A stretch of DNA of 64,000 nt, from positions 96,001-160,000 of the forward strand of contig CAXXUA010000004.1 of assembly GCA_963663765.2 (NCBI GenBank), read 5' to 3'. This DNA is from Candidatus Poribacteria bacterium. GTDB lineage: Bacteria > Poribacteria > WGA-4E > WGA-3G. The translations under genes were made by a program, and so were the position numbers. Shown piece by piece: positions 30,074-41,302 of this stretch; the first letter of the stretch is position 1, and each line of letters starts with the position of its first letter. The notes below the pieces were generated by a model. The model saw only the letters and a list, made by a program, of their open reading frames with translations, was not told the origin of the DNA and ran no database searches.

Positions 30074-33000
30074 GTTTCAATCTCGTAATCGAGATACTTC
30101 TGATTTCAAGATTCCAAGCGTACATTCTAACGTTGTGGCAAAGTTCATTAAAGTTTCAATCTCGTAATCGAGATACTTCTGATTTCAAGATGGAATTGCT
30201 GGATGCACTGAAAGCAATATCGCCGTTTCAATCTCGTAATCGAGATACTTCTGATTTCAAGAACAGAACAAGGCGCGGGGTCTCCAACACCTAAACTTGC
30301 ACGTTTCAATCTCGTAATCGAGATACTTCTGATTTCAAGATAATTGGTGAAAACATCATTACCGTTACAGCTACAGTTTCAATCTCGTAATCGAGATACT
30401 TCTGATTTCAAGTCAGAAACCTTTGACGGTGAAGCGTATCTATTTCCAAAGTTTCAATCTCGTAATCGAGATACTTCTGATTTCAAGTCAGAAAAATAAT
30501 CCCTCGCTTTTTGTTCAATTGCCGTTTCAATCTCGTAATCGAGATACTTCTGATTTCAAGTGACATACTTTGTTTATGACGCTACAAGTGAAAACTTTGT
30601 TTCAATCTCGTAATCGAGATACTTCTGATTTCAAGTTTTGAAGTGATTGGGAGTAATGACACCTCCCAAACACGATTGTTTCAATCTCGTAATCGAGATA
30701 CTTCTGATTTCAAGTCTCATGTAAGATACCGAAGTTATGCGCGGTTTTTAGTTTCAATCTCGTAATCGAGATACTTCTGATTTCAAGACAACCCTCTGAA
30801 CAAGAAGCATCAAATCACATACAAGTTTCAATCTCGTAATCGAGATACTTCTGATTTCAAGCAAAGATCGTGACTGGTTTATATATCCAATGTTTTGTTT
30901 CAATCTCGTAATCGAGATACTTCTGATTTCAAGGTTAATTTAATCACCTGATGGTTATGCGCGGTTTTGTTTCAATCTCGTAATCGAGATACTTCTGATT
31001 TCAAGTTCTCCGTAGTCAAGCATATCTGCCTTGTAAGATTCGTTTCAATCTCGTAATCGAGATACTTCTGATTTCAAGAAAGCATTAGCACCCGTAGACC
31101 CAACGAACCACGTAAAGTTTCAATCTCGTAATCGAGATACTTCTGATTTCAAGCCTGGGTCTTGATTGTTCCAGCAGGCTTTCTAAAAAGTTTCAATCTC
31201 GTAATCGAGATACTTCTGATTTCAAGTGAGTTCGCATAATCGGGGGGTGTAAAAACCTCACAGTTTCAATCTCGTAATCGAGATACTTCTGATTTCAAGT
31301 TCATTTTCGGTTTCACGTGCTTGTCGTATTTCCTCGTTTCAATCTCGTAATCGAGATACTTCTGATTTCAAGTAAACATATACAATACACAACAAAATAA
31401 CACACAAGTTTCAATCTCGTAATCGAGATACTTCTGATTTCAAGGCAAGATCTGATATGTTTCCTGTAATATCTCCTAAGTTTCAATCTCGTAATCGAGA
31501 TACTTCTGATTTCAAGTAATATAAGCATACTATAAGAGAGGCGCACTCAATAAGTTTCAATCTCGTAATCGAGATACTTCTGATTTCAAGAATACCTTGT
31601 GGGGTTTCAATAATGCGGGTAATTCTGGCTTGTTTCAATCTCGTAATCGAGATACTTCTGATTTCAAGTAAGCACCATTAAGGTAAAACTCGGTCTGATT
31701 GTCGTTTCAATCTCGTAATCGAGATACTTCTGATTTCAAGAGTCGGATTCATATCAGCAACGGCTAAATACTTCCCATGTTTCAATCTCGTAATCGAGAT
31801 ACTTCTGATTTCAAGTCATGATAAAATCGCTTGATAATCGCCTCGCCTCCATGTTTCAATCTCGTAATCGAGATACTTCTGATTTCAAGGAAATTATACG
31901 GTCTCTTGACGGATGGACAAGCATGAGTTTCAATCTCGTAATCGAGATACTTCTGATTTCAAGGCCTCAAATACTTCTTTTATTGCTTTTATTTCCTCAT
32001 GTTTCAATCTCGTAATCGAGATACTTCTGATTTCAAGAAAATTGGATACCTCTGAAAGCGCACATTGAATCCAGTTTCAATCTCGTAATCGAGATACTTC
32101 TGATTTCAAGTAAGAGGGTACGTTTCGTTACGGGAAAATTGACGAAGGTTTCAATCTCGTAATCGAGATACTTCTGATTTCAAGGATGTATGGAAACCTT
32201 ATATATGGGGGGCATTTACAGGTTTCAATCTCGTAATCGAGATACTTCTGATTTCAAGTATGCACACAAAGGAGAATCTATGTCTAAAATTGGAAAAAAA
32301 GTTTCAATCTCGTAATCGAGATACTTCTGATTTCAAGGTAATGTTCTTTGTTTATCCCAGATAAAACCTATAGTGTTTCAATCTCGTAATCGAGATACTT
32401 CTGATTTCAAGTTTATACCTCTTTTTCAAATGTTACGATTGGATTATTAGGTAGTTTCAATCTCGTAATCGAGATACTTCTGATTTCAAGATATTTTGTT
32501 TCCAGTATGGTGTATAGTATTTTTCTCGTTTCAATCTCGTAATCGAGATACTTCTGATTTCAAGTTATTTTGAAATTCCTTTTGATTGGATTGCATCGTC
32601 TCAGTTTCAATCTCGTAATCGAGATACTTCTGATTTCAAGTGCGGTGTCGTCGTAGCTACTTGTTTCTATATCATCGTTTCAATCTCGTAATCGAGATAC
32701 TTCTGATTTCAAGATGATCTCGTTTTTTTCATCCTCGGTGATGTAATATGTTTCAATCTCGTAATCGAGATACTTCTGATTTCAAGAATATGGATTTCTG
32801 TATGACAGTGCATCATCGGGATCATCGTTTCAATCTCGTAATCGAGATACTTCTGATTTCAAGAATAGTGTCTATCTGTAGCGAATGCTACAGCTTTTGA
32901 TGTTTCAATCTCGTAATCGAGATACTTCTGATTTCAAGTCCACAACTGGCACTTCTCGGTCGACATATTCTGTGTTTCAATCTCGTAATCGAGATACTTC

Positions 33001-36000
33001 TGATTTCAAGTTTGCGTTTTAGGTTCGTCAACCGTAGGTTTTATCCCGGTTTCAATCTCGTAATCGAGATACTTCTGATTTCAAGTACGCGCGGTTCGCG
33101 CATCAGTGGCAACTTTGATTTGTTTCAATCTCGTAATCGAGATACTTCTGATTTCAAGAGAGCATGCGATTACTCAATGCATAGCGGTATCACAGTTTCA
33201 ATCTCGTAATCGAGATACTTCTGATTTCAGGGACAGCGACATATTCCTTTCGGAGTGAAAGTACAATCTGTTTCAATCTCGTAATCGAGATACTTCTGAT
33301 TTCAAGGCAACCACTTTGCCACCCCCATCAGCCTTGTTTATTGTTTCAATCTCGTAATCGAGATACTTCTGATTTCAAGACTATCTGATTGATTGTTATT
33401 GCTACGCTTGCCTCGTCGTTTCAATCTCGTAATCGAGATACTTCTGATTTCAAGTGAAGCGTCTGCGGTGTTCAATGGCAATTTCGTTGGGTTTCAATCT
33501 CGTAATCGAGATACTTCTGATTTCAAGTGAAGCGTCTGCGGTGTTCAATGGCAATTTCGTTGGGTTTCAATCTCGTAATCGAGATACTTCTGATTTCAAG
33601 TGAATGTGATGGAATTCAAAAGAATTGCGTATTTGAGTTTCAATCTCGTAATCGAGATACTTCTGATTTCAAGTTATCGCACTGTCAGGTATCACACTCT
33701 CTGTCATTGGGTTTCAATCTCGTAATCGAGATACTTCTGATTTCAAGGGAACGTCTACACCGTTAGGCAGAGTTGTTGGTCATTATGTTTCAATCTCGTA
33801 ATCGAGATACTTCTGATTTCAAGTGCAGCATCAAACGCCGTCACACGCACAACACCTGCATCGTTTCAATCTCGTAATCGAGATACTTCTGATTTCAAGT
33901 ACACGGGAATTGGTTGAGGAGTGGATGTCGTCTCAGTTTCAATCTCGTAATCGAGATGCTTCTGATTTCAAGTTAAGTAACCTATAACGGTAAGGGTTTA
34001 TCAACTGTTGTTTCAATCTCGTAATCGAGATACTTCTGATTTCAAGAAACGTAGACCGCACACACCACATAGACGATGTCTGTGTTTCAATCTCGTAATC
34101 GAGATACTTCTGATTTCAAGAGCAAAAGAGGGTCGTGGCATGACTAATAGTGAAATAGTTTCAATCTCGTAATCGAGATACTTCTGATTTCAAGCAGGCG
34201 CGCACTGCCCAAGCTGCTGCAGCAAGACGACAACGTTTCAATCTCGTAATCGAGATACTTCTGATTTCAAGTAACACCGATACCGCCTGGTGTGCCAAGA
34301 GATCCTTAGTTTCAATCTCGTAATCGAGATACTTCTGATTTCAAGTTCGGCAGGAGTCGTTTCAGCACATAAAGGTTCATAGTTTCAATCTCGTAATCGA
34401 GATACTTCTGATTTCAAGTCAACCTTGCGATTGCTTGGTCAGCTTGCGGGTTCAAGTTTCAATCTCGTAATCGAGATACTTCTGATTTCAAGTGTATCTG
34501 CTTACATTGGAATAGAAAAGGATAAATACGGTTTCAATCTCGTAATCGAGATACTTCTGATTTCAAGTTTGATGTCTACATTGCATAACACAGTAGACTC
34601 TCATGTTTCAATCTCGTAATCGAGATACTTCTGATTTCAAGTAAACACGCCTTGCAACCCTACCAAGCAACCTGTCACCATGTTTCAATCTCGTAATCGA
34701 GATACTTCTGATTTCAAGTTTGATGTCTACATTGCATAACACAGTAGACTCTCATGTTTCAATCTCGTAATCGAGATACTTCTGATTTCAAGTCGGACGG
34801 GCAACAACTGCTCCACAGGGCATGTCAGAGTTTCAATCTCGTAATCGAGATACTTCTGATTTCAAGACAGTAAAGTCAGGTGCTTCACCAAACTGAACAC
34901 TGTTTCAATCTCGTAATCGAGATACTTCTGATTTCAAGTTTGTTTGACGGGTTGTATACAAGGGCAACTAAATCGTTTCAATCTCGTAATCGAGATACTT
35001 CTGATTTCAAGTCAAGTCCTTGCAAACCTATCCATGCTGCTTTCACTTGTTTCAATCTCGTAATCGAGATACTTCTGATTTCAAGTGGAGAATATGACAA
35101 TCGTTTTGTGGCTGCCAAGTTAGTTTCAATCTCGTAATCGAGATACTTCTGATTTCAAGAGGGCCCGTCTGGCATTGATGTGATAACTGAACCCGAGTTT
35201 CAATCTCGTAATCGAGATACTTCTGATTTCAAGTTTAGGATATTGGGTGATGGAATCTCTTGAAACAAACGTTTCAATCTCGTAATCGAGATACTTCTGA
35301 TTTCAAGTGAACTTGATGGAACCCGGCCCCGGTTTCTGCCATTTCCGTTTCAATCTCGTAATCGAGATACTTCTGATTTCAAGTTGTCTACCTTTTTTTG
35401 AAAGCGAATATAGACGTAACGAGTTTCAATCTCGTAATCGAGATACTTCTGATTTCAAGTTTTCACCTCGCAATCATACACCAGCCTTATATTGTTTCAA
35501 TCTCGTAATCGAGATACTTCTGATTTCAAGTAAAGGTAGATCATCGCCTTCAACAGCGTATGCGTTGAGTTTCAATCTCGTAATCGAGATACTTCTGATT
35601 TCAAGTTAGTAATTCAATAAGGATGCCTTCAGAGAAGTCTTTTCCGTGTTTCAATCTCGTAATCGAGATACTTCTGATTTCAAGTTTGCGGGCGATTGCG
35701 GAAGCGTTGATTAACAAGTATCGTTTCAATCTCGTAATCGAGATACTTCTGATTTCAAGTTCATTTACCTTCTCAAACGACCGAAGTAGGGTGTCCACGT
35801 TTCAATCTCGTAATCGAGATACTTCTGATTTCAAGTCAGCAGTCACGAAGTCGTCTGGCAATGGATGTGCGTCTTCGTTTCAATCTCGTAATCGAGATAC
35901 TTCTGATTTCAAGTATAAAGAGTATCCGACCACACCAGAGGAAGCATTCTGTTTCAATCTCGTAATCGAGATACTTCTGATTTCAAGTGAAATGCAATGT

Positions 36001-37463
36001 GCGGAACAACTCACCTTGTTCGCGTTTCAATCTCGTAATCGAGATACTTCTGATTTCAAGTGTTCAAAAACTCCTCAAAAGACATTCTACCATCTGTTTC
36101 AATCTCGTAATCGAGATACTTCTGATTTCAAGTTAATGTCTTCATCAGTTTCAAAGGATGTATCGTTCATGTTTCAATCTCGTAATCGAGATACTTCTGA
36201 TTTCAAGAGGTCTACTTGTGCTTGATGTTTCATCGTCACATTGTTTCAATCTCGTAATCGAGATACTTCTGATTTCAAGGCAAGCGTTAGATTTTATCTT
36301 TATGAAAAATAGCCCGGTTTCAATCTCGTAATCGAGATACTTCTGATTTCAAGTCGCTCATATTCATGTTATCATCTGTCAATTCATGAGTTTCAATCTC
36401 GTAATCGAGATACTTCTGATTTCAAGATTTATCGTCACGTTCAGCCAACTAAAAACTGGCATTGTTTCAATCTCGTAATCGAGATACTTCTGATTTCAAG
36501 TTGGGATGGAGTTTGACGAGTACGCGCGTATTCTTGTTTCAATCTCGTAATCGAGATACTTCTGATTTCAAGTGCGGGGATGATGGGATTCGCGCCCCTG
36601 ATTCTCCCAGTTTCAATCTCGTAATCGAGATACTTCTGATTTCAAGTCTGATATTGGACATAGACAAGGTCTTATTTATAAGTTTCAATCTCGTAATCGA
36701 GATACTTCTGATTTCAAGTGCACCTCAAACTTCTCGTCAAGTGTACCAACTTTGCCGTTTCAATCTCGTAATCGAGATACTTCTGATTTCAAGGATGTCG
36801 TGGTCGGGGCTATCAATGCTCTTGCTGCTGGGTTTCAATCTCGTAATCGAGATACTTCTGATTTCAAGCCACTGGACAACACCTCACCAAACAACAATCT
36901 AACGTTTCAATCTCGTAATCGAGATACTTCTGATTTCAAGGTGTTACAGTGACAGTGAATTCGGTGATTGCTATATCAACGTTTCAATCTCGTAATCGAG
37001 ATACTTCTGATTTCAAGACCTGACATCGACGCTGTCCGTGACGACATAAGAAAGGGTTTCAATCTCGTAATCGAGATACTTCTGATTTCAAGCTCGCCAC
37101 TCAAGAGCATTGATTGGGAATTCATCTAATGTTTCAATCTCGTAATCGAGATACTTCTGATTTCAAGATTACAAATAAAAGGTAAGTCTATTAATATATC
37201 AGTATCGGTTTCAATCTCGTAATCGAGATACTTCTGATTTCAAGGATACCTTCGTCGGGATCACTTGCCGTATATTCATTGTTTCAATCTCGTAATCGAG
37301 ATACTTCTGATTTCAAGTATAGACTTGATATAAAGGAGATGCCATGCCAAGTTAGTTTCAATCTCGTAATCGAGATACTTCTGATTTCAAGTGGACTCAC
37401 GATTGACAATGGCATTTGACGTGCAAGTTTCAATCTCGTAATCGAGATACTTCTGATTTCAAG
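30074..37463 (-). CRISPR. CRISPR array, ~100 repeats of 37 bp, spacers ~34-42 nt
   Basis: Plus-strand repeat GTTTCAATCTCGTAATCGAGATACTTCTGATTTCAAG. Minus-strand orientation inferred from the ATTGAAAC 3' end, the leader next to cas2 and degenerate repeats at the far end. Count is manual. Confidence 0.99.
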
Positions 37464-37661
37464 AGCCCCTGATTTGCACTCTTATTGGACGTGCCTTTAC
37501 GCAGTGTGTTTCTGTGAGCGAAGTGTTTGACACACACATGAAATAGCATAAATGTACAGACGAAAGACTCAATCTATAATACATAAGGGTTTACGCCTTA
37601 CTATGAGGGATTAGGGTTTTTCGGTCCCCTGTCGCTCACAGAGATCATCTGATACTTAATT
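37464..37661 (-). promoter_or_regulatory. CRISPR leader
   Basis: Non-coding gap between the cas2 stop and the first repeat. Confidence 0.75.
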
Positions 37662-37934
37662 TTATACAATATATGATTGTTTATCAAGTCCTTTATCTTG
37701 TCCAATACGTTCAATCTGTTTCTCACACGCAGCACAGATATGATAAATGGTTATAGTATCTTCGCTCATATTCATAGCTTGTTCTAATCGGTTTTTTAGA
37801 CGTAGAAATGCGCGTTTATCTACATTACATTCAAAGACGCTATATTGAACACGTTTCCCAAAGTCTTTGAGAATTTTCGCTACTTTGTTACGGCGTTTGT
37901 CGTCCGTAATATCATAAGCGACTGTGTAATGCAT
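37662..37934 (-). CDS. cas2: CRISPR-associated endonuclease Cas2
   Basis: VAYDITDDKRR...GKRVQYSVFEC. Confidence 0.97.
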   Translation of the reverse strand: MHYTVAYDITDDKRRNKVAKILKDFGKRVQYSVFECNVDKRAFLRLKNRLEQAMNMSEDTITIYHICAACEKQIERIGQDKGLDKQSYIV

Positions 37935-37964
37935 TAGCGATTCCTCTACTTTAGGATTAGATAC

Positions 37965-39602
37965 TTACCGAATTGTAAGCGGGGAATAATGCTCAATTTC
38001 GCCAGTGAGATACTTTGCGAGCAAACGCACCTGCAATTCCATTGCCCTACGGAACGTTAGTTTATACTTAAACACTGGATGCGTGATTGTTTCATTTTTC
38101 CGTGTTTCATAGGCTGCGTAGAATGCTTTTCGGCAATTGTCTTTTAAATACCATCCGCCATGAGATTGAGTGAAATCCTTTGGTTTGATACGCCTATTGT
38201 TGATTAGCGTAATAACAACTGAGTCAGCGATAATTGGTCGGAACTCTTCCATCAAATCAAGCGCAAGGCAAGGTTTACCGTATTTTAATTGATGAAAATA
38301 ACCAACGTAGGGATCAAGCCCGACTACCTGAATAGCTGACATTATATCTGCAGTTAGTAATGAATATGCGAAACTTAGCAGCGCGTTTGTTGGATCGGCT
38401 GGTGGACGACGACTCCGTCTCTGAAAATCAAACCCCATTTCTTCTTTTAGCATAAAGTTGAATGAACCGAAATAGGCAGCGGAGGCGTTCCCTTCCAAGC
38501 CTAACAATTCAGGGATTTCAGTTGCTGCGTCAATGCGTTTTTCCATTGCCTGTATTGATTTTATGTTAGTGAGCAGCGGTTCTAATGCGGTGTCTGTGCT
38601 ATCTGGTGCCTGCCATTTTCTACGTTGAAGCATCATTCTCAAGTTCGCCAGTTTACCACGGACAAACGCCTTTGAGAGATCAAGACACTGAGCCTCATTC
38701 GTTGCAACACGGTGCTGTGCAGTTCGTAGAATTGAATTGCGTGATACTTTCGGTGTCAACGCACCATGATACCTTCCATAAGCAGAAAGAAAGACAACTG
38801 GAATGCCTTCATGTAAAAGCGTTTGCATCGCAGGGGTTGTTAAACTTACATTACCGCTGATAACTACTTGTCCAAGGTGTATCAATGGAATATCGCGCAA
38901 AACTTCGTTCTCTTTCACCACAAGCAGACGTTCACCTGTCTTTTTGATTGCACACCCTTGTTCATCAACATAAAGCACGTTATCAATGCCGAGTGCAAGT
39001 TTGATTCGTTTAGGGCGTTCATCCAATTCGTGGATATAGGCGACCTCATCGGGTAAACAGATCGGGCGCACACTGCATCCATTGCACCGGTTATCGTGGA
39101 CAGGTTTTGGTATCTTTCGGGTATCTAATAGCGAATGTGCTTCCGCTACATAGCGGAGCGTTGTCTCACGGAGTTCCTTATCAAACAGTACCTTCCGTCG
39201 CCGCTTTGAACCGATAAAATACATATAGCCGTGAGGGATTGATATACCAGTTTTTTCCTCTAATAACAGCCCTTGTAAACAGAGCTGCACCTGATCGTTC
39301 AGCCAATCTCCCATCCCCGCTTTTTTGAATTCAACTGGATACGGTATGCCATCCTTTTCCTCAACGAGGTCGGTGTAGCCAGATATGCCTAAAGTATCGG
39401 AAGCGAGGTGTTGCCGACGAGATATAATTTTATCGCCTTTCTTTCTGTCGGTTACTGCCGTGTGGACATTTTCATGCTTTATTTTTCCCTCTTCAATGTG
39501 TTCATTGACGACTTGGTGTCCTTCAATAGATTCATAATAGAACCGTCTCGGACAGAAGACATAGGTATTTATTTGTGAGAGTGGTATATAATTCTCAGAC
39601 AT
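37965..39602 (-). CDS. cas1: Cas4-Cas1 fusion
   Basis: N-terminal Cas4 (FCPRRFY, PVEFKK, CNGCSVRPIC); C-terminal Cas1 (GLEGNASAAYF, NALLSFAY, LALDLMEEFR); start MSENYIP after AAAGGAGG. Confidence 0.95.
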   Translation of the reverse strand: MSENYIPLSQINTYVFCPRRFYYESIEGHQVVNEHIEEGKIKHENVHTAVTDRKKGDKIISRRQHLASDTLGISGYTDLVEEKDGIPYPVEFKKAGMGDWLNDQVQLCLQGLLLEEKTGISIPHGYMYFIGSKRRRKVLFDKELRETTLRYVAEAHSLLDTRKIPKPVHDNRCNGCSVRPICLPDEVAYIHELDERPKRIKLALGIDNVLYVDEQGCAIKKTGERLLVVKENEVLRDIPLIHLGQVVISGNVSLTTPAMQTLLHEGIPVVFLSAYGRYHGALTPKVSRNSILRTAQHRVATNEAQCLDLSKAFVRGKLANLRMMLQRRKWQAPDSTDTALEPLLTNIKSIQAMEKRIDAATEIPELLGLEGNASAAYFGSFNFMLKEEMGFDFQRRSRRPPADPTNALLSFAYSLLTADIMSAIQVVGLDPYVGYFHQLKYGKPCLALDLMEEFRPIIADSVVITLINNRRIKPKDFTQSHGGWYLKDNCRKAFYAAYETRKNETITHPVFKYKLTFRRAMELQVRLLAKYLTGEIEHYSPLTIR

Positions 39603-39628
39603 ACTAATCCCTCCTTTAAAAGATTGAC

Positions 39629-39770
39629 AGGAAGAATAGGATGGAAGAATGGAAGATTGGAAGAATGGAAGATTGGAAGATTGGAAGATTGGAAGAATGG
39701 AAGTACCCCATCCCACCCTCCAATCTTCCACCCCTCCAATCTTCCACCCCTCCATCCTTCCATCCTTCAT
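39629..39770. repeat. Octamer tandem repeats (GGAAGA(A/T)T)n followed by a complementary pyrimidine tract
   Basis: Seen directly; can fold back on itself. Confidence 0.85.
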
Positions 39771-39779
39771 CTCTCTCTT

Positions 39780-40244
39780 TTATTCTTCCTCTTGATTTAG
39801 TAGATAGATAACTTCGTCTTCACGTAGAAAAAGGTTATCGTCCCATTCACCTTTCTGTTGCTTTGCCTGAAGTGATTTTATTTGACGTAGTAGCGCGTTT
39901 TCCATTGCATAGTGCTGTTCATCAATTGCATCAAACGTCGCCTCTGAAAACTGCTTGGCTCGGTAACAGGCGTAGCACCGAGAATACACTTCTCCAGCAG
40001 ATGCTAATGCAACATTCAGAAAGTAGAGATACTCCTTTAAAGAACGTCTGCAGTACCCTTCAGCGATGTTGGCAGAGATTGACGATCCGGCATCTAAAAT
40101 CTGCGCGACTAAACGATAGGGGGAGCCGGGGATTTCTTTAACTTTTTCACATAAGAAGGCATACAACTCAATTGCCATCTGCCACGTTCTCAATTTGCGA
40201 TATCCACGATTGATATTTTTGCGACGTTCTATACGTTCATTCAA
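39780..40244 (-). CDS. Four-helix-bundle protein (23S rRNA IVP/Avd-like family)
   Basis: YRKLRTWQMAIEL...QILDAGSSISANIAEGY.R...Y.YFLNVALASAGE; TTG start after AGGAGG. Confidence 0.9.
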   Translation of the reverse strand: MNERIERRKNINRGYRKLRTWQMAIELYAFLCEKVKEIPGSPYRLVAQILDAGSSISANIAEGYCRRSLKEYLYFLNVALASAGEVYSRCYACYRAKQFSEATFDAIDEQHYAMENALLRQIKSLQAKQQKGEWDDNLFLREDEVIYLLNQEEE

Positions 40245-40279
40245 TTCAATCCTCCTAAATCTAATAATGGTGGATGGGT

Positions 40280-40461
40280 TGAAGAATGGAAGATTGGAAG
40301 AATGGAAGATTGGAAGATTGGAAGATTGGAAGATTGGAAGTTCCACCCTTCCATCCCTCCACCCTTCCATCCCTCCACCCTTCCATCCCTCCACCCTTCC
40401 ATCCCTCCACCCTTCCATCCCTCCACTCTTCCATCCCTCCACTCTTCCACCCTTCCAATCC
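40280..40461. repeat. Octamer/16-mer tandem repeats (GGAAGATT)n + (CTTCCATCCCTCCACC)n
   Basis: Seen directly; same layout as 39629-39770. Confidence 0.85.
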
Positions 40462-41289
40462 TTATATTCTTTTCGTCTGTCCCATGCCCATCGTTGTCTT
40501 ATATCCTGTTCCGCAGTAGTAGGCAAAATCTGCCAAACAGTTTGCGGTGCGGAGTAGGTTTTCATCAAGCGAGTCTTCTGGATAAAAAACGCAATCACAC
40601 TTGCCAACCCATCCGACTTCCGTATGTTTACCGAAGTTGAGTGCACGCGATTCGGCTTTTACATTGGTCACCTGTCCGTGATCAGCAATGAATGCAAGGA
40701 TTTCCTCTTTATCAAGTTTTACTGGTGCGAAAGCGTTCCATTTGTTCACCCAGCTTTGATAGCATCGCACAATATCAAAGTATGCATCATTTCGCGTTTT
40801 CTGTCCTCGTGGTGTCATTCTACGAAACGCTGTCGGTGAATAGAATTGGAGACTCATCCGCGTATCCATGCTTGCCGATTCGACGAGTTCTGCGTATGTC
40901 GCACTCCCGCTCCATATCTGTTCTTCTGTAGCATGAGATGTCATCTGTCTTACTTGGAACACCGCATCGCCAAGCCGTATTGTCGGAAGCGTGAATGTTA
41001 AGAAGGCTTGCCCAAAATGTGCAAATAGGGTATCGTCCAGGAACGTGTATCGGAGTCTACATTCTGTACCAGCTTTGATGTGAAGTTGACTACCTCGTTT
41101 TTTCGCCTTCGCTATGAGTGGGGAGACAGTAAAAGGTTTTTGTGTTGATTGTGTGTGTAGTTTTTCCGATACTTTCGGGTTGCTTTCCCGCAGGATAGCG
41201 AGGAAGGCTGCGTGTGCATGGTGTCCCATCGTGGGTCGGAGTGTTACGTCTTTGTCTGGTATGAGTGATATGAGTGTACTGATAGGCAT
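40462..41289 (-). CDS. cas6: CRISPR-associated endoribonuclease Cas6
   Basis: KPFTVSPL, FYSPTAF, C-terminal G-loop YCGTGYKTTMGMGQ. Confidence 0.95.
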   Translation of the reverse strand: MPISTLISLIPDKDVTLRPTMGHHAHAAFLAILRESNPKVSEKLHTQSTQKPFTVSPLIAKAKKRGSQLHIKAGTECRLRYTFLDDTLFAHFGQAFLTFTLPTIRLGDAVFQVRQMTSHATEEQIWSGSATYAELVESASMDTRMSLQFYSPTAFRRMTPRGQKTRNDAYFDIVRCYQSWVNKWNAFAPVKLDKEEILAFIADHGQVTNVKAESRALNFGKHTEVGWVGKCDCVFYPEDSLDENLLRTANCLADFAYYCGTGYKTTMGMGQTKRI

Positions 41290-41302
41290 GGGTGGATCCT
41301 TT

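Noticed and set aside
30043-36952. ORFs inside the CRISPR array
   Set aside because: Read-through of repeats (FQSRNRDTSDFK / FNLVIEILLIS).
30074-37463. Self-targeting spacers in the main array
   Set aside because: None noticed within the window by eye; a full alignment was not possible.
39603-39770. N-terminal extensions of Cas4-1 and of the four-helix protein (to 40646) in the ORF track
   Set aside because: They are translated octamer repeats; strong RBS sites support starts at 39602 and 40244.
39780-40244. Diversity-generating retroelement suggested by the Avd-like gene
   Set aside because: No reverse transcriptase and no TR/VR pair with adenine-specific differences seen in the window.
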